Below are positions 35,001 through 40,155 of a stretch of DNA of 40,155 nucleotides, one piece after another. The position numbers were made by a program, and so were the translations under genes. Location of the stretch: positions 1 through 40,155 of the forward strand of contig JALJEE010001969.1 in the NCBI GenBank assembly GCA_023231475.1, in the 5' to 3' direction. Numbering within the stretch: position 1 is the stretch's first letter; each line of letters starts with the position of its first letter. Source of the stretch: Seison nebaliae. Taxonomy: Eukaryota. The notes beneath the pieces are model-generated. The model had not been told where the DNA came from. It searched no databases and saw only the letters and a list, made by a program, of their open reading frames with translations.

Positions 35001-38000
35001 GTATCGTCGACGAATGTACGGAATGATTGTCGAGATTTAGGATTCTTTAAAAAACAATCGTCACTTTCAATTGGCGTATATTTCGTGCTTTGATGAGAAG
35101 AGAGACAATTTGTATTTTTGATCTTTTGATATTTCATTTCATCCTTCTCTACCAAACAATCCAACACTGTCCAATGTTTAACAGATAATTTTATTTTCTT
35201 CATATATAAATCGACATCTTCCACCACAATGCTCGAATCATAAATTTGAAGTTTTAAGATAATATTCTGCTCATCTCCATCAATATCCTCACTCATCAAA
35301 TGAATAACAATCGAAGGGATTTTCAGATGAATATTATCTAAAGTATCACTCATTCTCAATGTTTCTTTCATTGAAACCGTTTCCAAGTGGCCATACCGAT
35401 GTTCGTCGATTGCATCAAAATCTCGAAATATCAACGTATCACAAAGACAATTGATGGATTGATAGATCGATCGAGAAAGATAAAAATTGATATTATTCAA
35501 AAAATTGATTTTAATTAAGAAATTCGTTTTTTCCAGTTTCAGAGAAAACTTGTCGATAACATTTAATTTCATTTGTTTCTCCATCAATTGCAAATGACCA
35601 TGAGAGAGAAGTAGATTTAAAGAGATATCTGTTGACATTTGAAAAAGAATGTTCTCGATCTCCATGATAAAATATTCGTTGTCATTAAATATGATATCAC
35701 GCCAATCATCGTAGATGGGAAAGAATGCAGAAATATTTGCAAAATTAATTTCCGATGATACAATTTGTAATTCCTCCAAATTATTATTAGGTTCAATAAA
35801 AACAATATATTCGTCCATCTTTCTTGTTTCTTTATCATTCGAATAATGGAAAATGGTATTAAATTGATCTTTAAATTTTCCCATTTCATAAACGATACGA
35901 GATGAATGATTATAATGGAAATTCGTTAGACTTATATTGATAAATAATTTTTTATTTTTTAATTTCAATTGAATAATAAATGGTTGTTGTTGTTGTTGAT
36001 TATTATTATTGGAAATTGATAAAATTCTTCTCCATTTCTCTTTTAATGAACTTTTATAATTGTTTTCAATATCCTTTTCATTACTATTAAAATTCAACTT
36101 TGTTGGTATTATATATCTTCTAGTAAATCGAGATATGATATCATCAAAGAAAAATGATTGAAATTCACTTACTAATTCCAAATCGTTGTGATGATTTGAT
36201 CTTATACTTATTTGAATTGATCGAATAGTCAATCTGGCTAATTTGATAATGAATCTCTTCAATTTCTTTCTTTCACGATCATCGATTCGATGATATGTCA
36301 AAATTGTATTCTCCATCAATTCCTCATTCCCATAAAGATAATTCTCGTTGATTTCATTATTCTCGTTTCCCATTATTCCATTACGACATAAAAGAAATTT
36401 GAAGGAATTCATTATAATATTTATATTTATCATTTCGACAACTGATCGAGTTTGTGTGGTTGGAACAATTGAATCAATCATCATTAATTTCTTCCGATAA
36501 AATCGTTTTTTATTATTTTCAAATTTCTTCTTTAAAGTCGTTATCAGTGCAACTATTAAAGCTATCGTTTCCAGATTGAAAATCAAATTCAAATCATTTA
36601 AATTAACTTCGATTAATTGTTGAGTGAAGAAGAATTCGATAGAAATAAAATTTGTTTGTCGTTTTTCTTTCGTTTCTTCAATCTGTTTCACTTCCGTAAT
36701 CTGTTCATGTGATGCCATCAACAAATCATAGTCCGTACTATAACATTGCATCGCATCGACAACCAACATTTCTCCCATAGTAAATAGAACGTCACTTTCT
36801 CCATCCTCCAATTTTCGTGAATTACATTGACAATCCATTAATTGAAGTTCTGCGATTGATTCGTCTCCATTTGCTAATTGAACCGACAATTTCCTCAATT
36901 GGAACTCAAATTGTTTTTCCATTGAATTTAATGTTGAATTGTTTTCCTGTTGTTCCGAGGAACGACGGTTTGGAGATTGTTTTGTGATCGACATTTCTGG
37001 GAAGTTATAATAAAAATATTGAAAGATTCCTAATATTTTTTCACATTTAGAACTTTCCATGAAAAAGAATAAATTGTCGATATTTCCATAAAACTTTAAG
37101 AAATGTTCATTCTCTATCGATTGTTTTTTCAAACATTTCATTTCTATAAACATCTCGAATGAATGAAGGAACTTTATAGATTGTCTACTCGAATTCTTCA
37201 ATTCCTCAATATCTCCATTCACTACATTCCCCGTTAATATTTGTGTCTTTTTCAAATCGATTCTCATAAAACAGAATTCTTCATTAACCATCTCTTCTAA
37301 TTGATTCCCATCCCACCAGTCATTCATCTGATGTTCTCTGAGGATGTTAGGGAAAGTCTTCTCCCTTTCGAACGAATGACAGGGAGAACAATTTGGTGTA
37401 ACAAAAGTTTCATCTTGGTCATCCTCCATTAACATCTCGATACTACTTAAAGTCCTTAACATTCTCAAGTTTCTCCCATTCTTATTAGCAAACGCGCTGG
37501 CAGTCATAAAATTATTAATCGGAAGATAAAGTGTATGATGAGAATCGTTGGTAATATGAAGATTACCCAAATCAATAATGAGAACGAAATAATCTTTCTT
37601 TTTAGGAATTGTTCTTCTCATTACAATTTCTGGTGCTTCAATGTCAATAATGAATTTTGAGCTGTTATGAAACTGTCGAATATTATCAATTAATGATTGA
37701 TGATCATTTGTATGATTAGATGGATGAATTGATGAAGAATTCCAATTAGACGATTTCATCAATTCAGTTTGATTGGTGAGGAAATTCTTAAAATTTAAAA
37801 TTTGATCAATCACATTCACATCAGGATGAATTGACAATCCACTTGAGAACAATTGGCATCGATATCGACAATTCCTCACTCTCCTCAATGTATTCTCGAC
37901 CATTTCCAATGTGTTCGATTCGAAAGTTAAATGAATTACCGGTTTCTTTTCAATTGTCGATTTAGATTTATTAGTTATTAAATCAATATATCTATAAGAG

Positions 38001-39670
38001 GACATCGTTCTTAAACAAATATCATTGACAATTAAGTTGATAATATTCGCCTCATATCTTGGCATGACATCCATGCATAATCGACAGTTGTCTAATTTCA
38101 GTTCGATATTTCTCGATAAATCGTCAGACTGATGAATAATAAAACTAATTTGATTGAATTGTATATCAAATCTTGTCAAGACAGCATCACGATGCATAAC
38201 TGAATCTTCCAAGATTGATGCTCGAATGAAATCGATAATCTCTGAATCGATATTTTCAATAGATTTCAATCCTGGTGATTGCGTTGTTGTATCTTCTTCA
38301 TATAATGTGAGAGGAGAAATCGAATTCCACCATTGTGTCCATGTCGTTGATTGTTGTTCGCTACGATTCTCATTGACCATTTGAATGATTTTATCAGAAA
38401 GAGATTCGAAAACAGCCTTCCGAATAATAACAAGAGTATCATATTCCATTATCGATTCCATTTCTGTTAGCTGATTTTCAATCTTCTCCAGAAGAGACTT
38501 ATTTACATTTTCGGATCGTTTCGATTCGATCAAATATCTCTTGTATAACTTTGAATATTTACTCATTCGAATAATATGGTTTCTTAAATTCTTTCGAATT
38601 AGGAAGTTGATTAATCGATCACCGATTATTGATATTGAGAGATATCTCCACCATTCTCCAATACATTGCTTGTTGAAGGTGGATGGACGACACTGAACAA
38701 ATCGACGTCGTTCGTGAACATTCTTCAACTTATTAAAACATTTCAATAATAAATTTATTTGGATATAATGAAAATTGAATTTGAGTGGCACTTCCGTTAT
38801 CGATTGAATATGGAAACGACATTCATCAATTGTCTTCAACGATTCATCTTTATTATTCTTTATCACATTAAGATTGAAGGTATGAGGAGACAGAAGATGA
38901 ATGGCATTGTCATTCAAATTAAGCATCGTCTCTTCCAAAGTCATCTTCCTCAGAAACTCTTCAACATTTTCAGTTTGTTGATGGAATTGTTGTAAGAAAG
39001 TTTCATCATTTTCCGCTCTAATGGAAGCAAGAAAGTAAATGCGAAAATTTGTAAAATTTATTAGTTTCTCCTCCATCGATTGTTGACGATATTCAATATC
39101 AGATAAGCGAAGACCGATAGCGAAATGATTTTCTTCAATATCATCTTCATATCGAAAATGAATATTTCGAATACGAACCACTAACCGATTTAATAAGGAA
39201 TATAAAATGGCAGAAGATGTCCATGACATCTGCTTATTCGCCAATAACTTTTGAGCAATCCATTGCTGTTCCAATACATTCAATTTCTTCTTTTTCCATT
39301 CATTCTTCTTCTCCGGAGTGGATATACATGACGACAGATCTAATGGTGCGGATTTAAAAAGAGCTACAACATTATCCAATTCAACGGACCACTCGGACCA
39401 TCTCAATCCAAATAAAGGTATTGAAATACGTATGGAACCGATGACACCATTAATGAGAGAGAATCCCAAATTCAATCGATCAACCACATCTGGTTTTATT
39501 CGAACATTTCTCAAATGAAGTTTCCCCGTAAGAATTCCCAGTGATAATTGTTGGGAATCGATGTCGATAAATTTCCCCAAATAATAATCGATTGTCCATT
39601 GAATAAAACATTCAAATATTCTATTTATATATTTTTGTAACAATGTATCAAAGTAATCACATTCACCCAT
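26012..39670 (-). CDS. VPS13D: VPS13D bridge-like lipid-transfer protein (~4550 aa); exact start uncertain
   Basis: Chorein-N (YLGKFI....QLSLGIL.G.L.L.N), LSYHD, ICLIDD...DIPL, YYNRLESGWEPLLEPW, VAB-region W..NKTGLPLIFQQ, ricin-B-like QLW...DGRI/QKW.F, DGPTRV.EI, and C-terminal ILGTVDFLGSPFGL...KP..GVLDF. Confidence 0.95.
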   Translation of the reverse strand: MGECDYFDTLLQKYINRIFECFIQWTIDYYLGKFIDIDSQQLSLGILTGKLHLRNVRIKPDVVDRLNLGFSLINGVIGSIRISIPLFGLRWSEWSVELDNVVALFKSAPLDLSSCISTPEKKNEWKKKKLNVLEQQWIAQKLLANKQMSWTSSAILYSLLNRLVVRIRNIHFRYEDDIEENHFAIGLRLSDIEYRQQSMEEKLINFTNFRIYFLASIRAENDETFLQQFHQQTENVEEFLRKMTLEETMLNLNDNAIHLLSPHTFNLNVIKNNKDESLKTIDECRFHIQSITEVPLKFNFHYIQINLLLKCFNKLKNVHERRRFVQCRPSTFNKQCIGEWWRYLSISIIGDRLINFLIRKNLRNHIIRMSKYSKLYKRYLIESKRSENVNKSLLEKIENQLTEMESIMEYDTLVIIRKAVFESLSDKIIQMVNENRSEQQSTTWTQWWNSISPLTLYEEDTTTQSPGLKSIENIDSEIIDFIRASILEDSVMHRDAVLTRFDIQFNQISFIIHQSDDLSRNIELKLDNCRLCMDVMPRYEANIINLIVNDICLRTMSSYRYIDLITNKSKSTIEKKPVIHLTFESNTLEMVENTLRRVRNCRYRCQLFSSGLSIHPDVNVIDQILNFKNFLTNQTELMKSSNWNSSSIHPSNHTNDHQSLIDNIRQFHNSSKFIIDIEAPEIVMRRTIPKKKDYFVLIIDLGNLHITNDSHHTLYLPINNFMTASAFANKNGRNLRMLRTLSSIEMLMEDDQDETFVTPNCSPCHSFEREKTFPNILREHQMNDWWDGNQLEEMVNEEFCFMRIDLKKTQILTGNVVNGDIEELKNSSRQSIKFLHSFEMFIEMKCLKKQSIENEHFLKFYGNIDNLFFFMESSKCEKILGIFQYFYYNFPEMSITKQSPNRRSSEQQENNSTLNSMEKQFEFQLRKLSVQLANGDESIAELQLMDCQCNSRKLEDGESDVLFTMGEMLVVDAMQCYSTDYDLLMASHEQITEVKQIEETKEKRQTNFISIEFFFTQQLIEVNLNDLNLIFNLETIALIVALITTLKKKFENNKKRFYRKKLMMIDSIVPTTQTRSVVEMININIIMNSFKFLLCRNGIMGNENNEINENYLYGNEELMENTILTYHRIDDRERKKLKRFIIKLARLTIRSIQISIRSNHHNDLELVSEFQSFFFDDIISRFTRRYIIPTKLNFNSNEKDIENNYKSSLKEKWRRILSISNNNNQQQQQPFIIQLKLKNKKLFINISLTNFHYNHSSRIVYEMGKFKDQFNTIFHYSNDKETRKMDEYIVFIEPNNNLEELQIVSSEINFANISAFFPIYDDWRDIIFNDNEYFIMEIENILFQMSTDISLNLLLSHGHLQLMEKQMKLNVIDKFSLKLEKTNFLIKINFLNNINFYLSRSIYQSINCLCDTLIFRDFDAIDEHRYGHLETVSMKETLRMSDTLDNIHLKIPSIVIHLMSEDIDGDEQNIILKLQIYDSSIVVEDVDLYMKKIKLSVKHWTVLDCLVEKDEMKYQKIKNTNCLSSHQSTKYTPIESDDCFLKNPKSRQSFRTFVDDTDLLQNNESLMKTKNISNKLRSVERRAFSLPRSLSSHNYFHPTKKMTKVPSNKKVEKDNDFSSIIIDLVIVDEKHPDYQEKYRRNHINFWIKIDDVILLFNSQTMALVFDIFNLGNSIPPSRKSIGKETYIDIDNHVEMDERMFVSFRMKRFRFHVIFPSPQQLFTVKINRFRSKLFVNQTDCRQLKLIDQKHKIYLRETNGRRSEEYTKFSMKMKSMELIDNSFYSGGKIYNKRLFHKMNEELFELEILLISHDHYLHHNNNKNNSNDIKDLLMNKINQKFVDDRIRSERSVDIIVEGKLNELIYIHSHLLIKQLLNLIDEFTGTLNVMDQIRSAQSFEQLQQHFQLDHIDMKRYMKKIQTSKRISYNIQISSPIIIIPMNNSSTKCLVFEPGQFLIVNEFKPIVSLNHASHSSLTFEENIAYIWQMNAIKNTGRPNSTIKKESLLMINDGIKPESVFERFRNRSKQYSKKSLNDFSSKTLEDNIYCSLIDVMQIQLNNTKLLVCEIDGNYENIIRKSESDTEEIFNNTRSLIDSSYSIKFVILRNLDVSRGTQWLTSDANFLIYSDFSRLTLNIEQSDYLLIRRILSENIGANIPNHSFESELGKRREVVGESHYRNLSKDLVCFQITNIVVDDLLKMMHRTFQIDLLFSKIIINLFESHQKFASLNCENCILSYLKNSDESDQFNFHVSSVKFDDSRSSNNSEMHKNKFCSFIQLPRDGITKSNGFEMNIFSNNNHEVNSSYMINEATVIIIPELLMKLKEFILMEIDKDEMNKKKDNEIHFINKKEKIQINLNNFELVFIEDLTDIESMAIVLELNGQLSKKMMILTDSLPAASLSLNLDKIQLSSIKMHSTEDNASTIFLEEMSLLIDIIPKIDMERSFEYGENWEIVMNPIIVRLSYHDVRMIMSIITSLKESTALHYSYSCGTDLKKGEKDEMKSSNLLTVLSNNEKSKIVIYCEGMSICLIDDLDSSDIPLGELILEDIKLNLHTPILYNRHGKLNPFNLYHSRFALSIMMSIYYYNRLESGWEPLLEPWSIDVHYKQLIDFNNETTISLPRKPSTCNMEERLKNVMKKLNIQHSTLAINESRSTSLYSSHSNLNTTKLFNIRHCLLLHSDEMMNWNLTQSIYQLIQTTSEKLKKIDLSKQTVSNERQPFIPFQIRNFTGCKLYFSQFSGSSKNESCTWITVNNRNKCSFSFYGLQIFKKTNNILDINCPNHSSFLRKFSRFDAYIKKKNYLISENNQRILIKLDGWKCIDKPINVDRIGTMMYIIKKEVNDSFSDKREVFAKILCNIRMNEQAMKIINIQSALLFYNHLPFSLTVEGGKECVLHEISPNELYSIPIQYANSECKSMKSINIYRRKVIGGDRLRILSSLKYHDALLRDSYCTNIRINEKSNNYSNIIACSNHLPIISRFDRLNLPCHLIELMSPIIIYNLLPFDIKFQLHESSASPLYGECKANDSIDFTQIHLPTDQSNILLKMKLMVESMPFQTTTNFDEITSITFELNRDDMLHSTFSNLIQNETYSIVDEQRRILYLNIRISRNSSTMSSTSLLPLTLSISCDYWFLNKTGLPLIFQQMDASCRISVGQMDDNECARQRSPLLFSFSDMNAPPFCRMRIGNRLHDDGNPIWSKEFAITSGTVCWRSLKVDRRNNIHEYFVGIHATKGNGLLRHTTIVSFTSRYIILNQSSFDIQLSQLCFINSTSNLSSTTLVHDNEQQRTPHNSNDQLVIMAQSSTAFHWSRSDLDMLLSLRIRHSSNDDYVGLWTKGFRIDKPISSQLVLRSICENVSEFTKNNSKYYRQSEHLLRRIRSDLPIDKSIYHHAVYMKIDIVLHDGSFHVMVTDLNRDAPLYRIDNYSNVNIYIRQFEANVNIHDEDRYHTADIDDLRKDNSKKKSRKFSSSSLNKKSYKAFSIIPHNFLDDYSSRIQSMKSIPIALDQPMQPPLFSIAVNSSSYVICDPDNFGEINSICFDNPFYIIVKDQLINVKDKKNMLITPLVLDVNDLDEIIITSLQTDNRRQLWKQLSDGRIVHMKSVKFDNKLSKVLDMERKDNSMKLVINISNEKRNSTQKWIFQRPHDKESNSIYSFQSKIDGEDEEVENKTFFLTLANNSQKYYVDIEQGKIKLRLSKITTNIRRFSLRKQYPGSNKLRVFIRTDGPTRVIEIIDSSDIPSNNNNNNNSLMKSLYKQRSNSDVRLLSNTNVRYIHQIDIKLEKGIGLSLISRQTIFYEILYFVMEHVRTYLTILNDEINVCLYVNRLIGINQFLDSHRQIFLQSDGNADCSYEELLEERHSGPVLDGAIMNKVCVTNSNKRTKEKNKSGRNTSDIPHLNLCFSLVRSVATNYDNILTFNEFIISSPKLNIVIIEDFLWRLISFILHLKLPTDYVKEVNYINHDNDYIEDVVNWKKDVETIKTFRDHHLIDVVQFVIRGSNEISIYFNNLQISRIILKLSMLTAPKTKMPSDLLQIKLKFGVPLINFENANIQLEKISLCHVQLTSSLMIHHLIEHYRRELKLQALMILGTVDFLGSPFGLLSDVHDGLTSFFRTGDFGSLLQNVTHGVAKSAGKITNSLSEGISWYITLDDQHQRTREWIKQMHNQKGFDQMIGGTLGLGYGLASGLTSILSQTVNGASQSGFSGLITGFGKGLIGSISKPVVGVLDFGSGIAHAVRDTAMTRNETIYSDECIHTEKDYSRISRYPRVCYSLNSCLPLYNQLDALSQMKLYELLKSINLIRENILSHVKSIYIYHDQCSPHIKYSLNELKKQIFESNSEDHSSDDTNNLEYETFSSLFQSIDFDRNYFSESSLNCIEKDFEELTDNLSIYSLQLIEVYLSSIIIIKNNILIHIMVTNLRIYLFEKKLNELTIGQKYEINETDILTRGDQSLKYLSAIIQLPEIKHVQLVEEQDTKIAIMKKYSHFVQLQTKLNIKKTFKDERKFKIKIICRDVQKVFTFNALSYEIALNIRETIVQVKGLYDDRCQNVSGENDRFFHSLNQRM

Positions 39671-40155
39671 TCCATCGTTGATCAATCTCCTGTAAATTCA
39701 TCATTACAATCCTCATTGCAACCCACTCCACAGTTATCTCCCAAATACGGTTGTCGTCCAACGAACGATGGACATTCTCAACATATTTCGCCAGAATTAA
39801 ATGGTTATCCGTTTACTAATCCGCCTCCGCTGTAACAACAGCCCCAGATGAGTCCACGTCAAAGTGAAGAAAGACTTTCGTTAAATCAACAACGATTATC
39901 GTCTAATTTGCAACAATCATTTCAACCGACATTATTCTTACAAGAACAACGGATAACGATGAATGAACATGAACAGTCAATTTTAAATATACCATCAACC
40001 AGTTCTGATAAATTTGGAAATCTTTATTTGAAGAATCAGAATGATCTCTTCCAACAACATTATGGGCAAACGGAAACTATGTCTTTGGAAGAACAATCAA
40101 GACTTTTACTTCCGCCAGGATTAGATATAATGGATGCATTCAATCCAAATAGTTT
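39641..40155 (+). other. Q/P/S-rich coding-like frame, truncated by the window end, with one internal TAA (39833-39835); possible start at ATG 39848
   Basis: About 510 nt with a single stop in AT-rich DNA: ...QSSLQPTPQLSP...TNPPPL*QQPQMSPRQSEE...LLLPPGLDIMDAFNPNS. No recognisable domain. Confidence 0.45.

Noticed and set aside
28398..39518. Many short ORFs inside VPS13D, and similar ones inside CEBPZ and the other long genes
   Set aside because: These are antisense or alternate-frame shadows of long coding exons.

Overview
AT-rich, very compact animal-type genomic window. No tools were used; gene models were built by hand by joining ORFs where homology continues in frame. Bases 1-~2400 are a transposon-relic zone: a poly(A) tail, 15-16 bp subterminal-type repeats and a decayed hAT element with 13-bp TIRs. 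After that come about 13 tightly packed genes, mostly alternating in strand: DUF4807-like, NF-YB, CEBPZ/Mak21, an EGF-Kazal surface protein, an EGF-FN2 fragment, a ~1000-aa CD225/dispanin-like protein, a LOTUS-domain gene whose LOTUS exons the ORF track misses, DEPDC1-like, a CAP-Gly protein, a GH18 chitinase with two CBM14 domains, two head-to-head pseudokinases and a 13.7-kb uninterrupted VPS13D ORF. The strongest signal is the splicing code. 24 of 26 reconstructed coding introns begin GTT rather than the usual metazoan GTR, +5G and -1G are mostly absent, 6 acceptors are AAG and 1 is GAG, and 22 of 26 introns are 44-58 nt. This points to a re-wired 5' splice-site recognition system. The organism cannot be determined from the sequence alone; a compact-genome invertebrate such as a Seison-like rotifer is only a guess.
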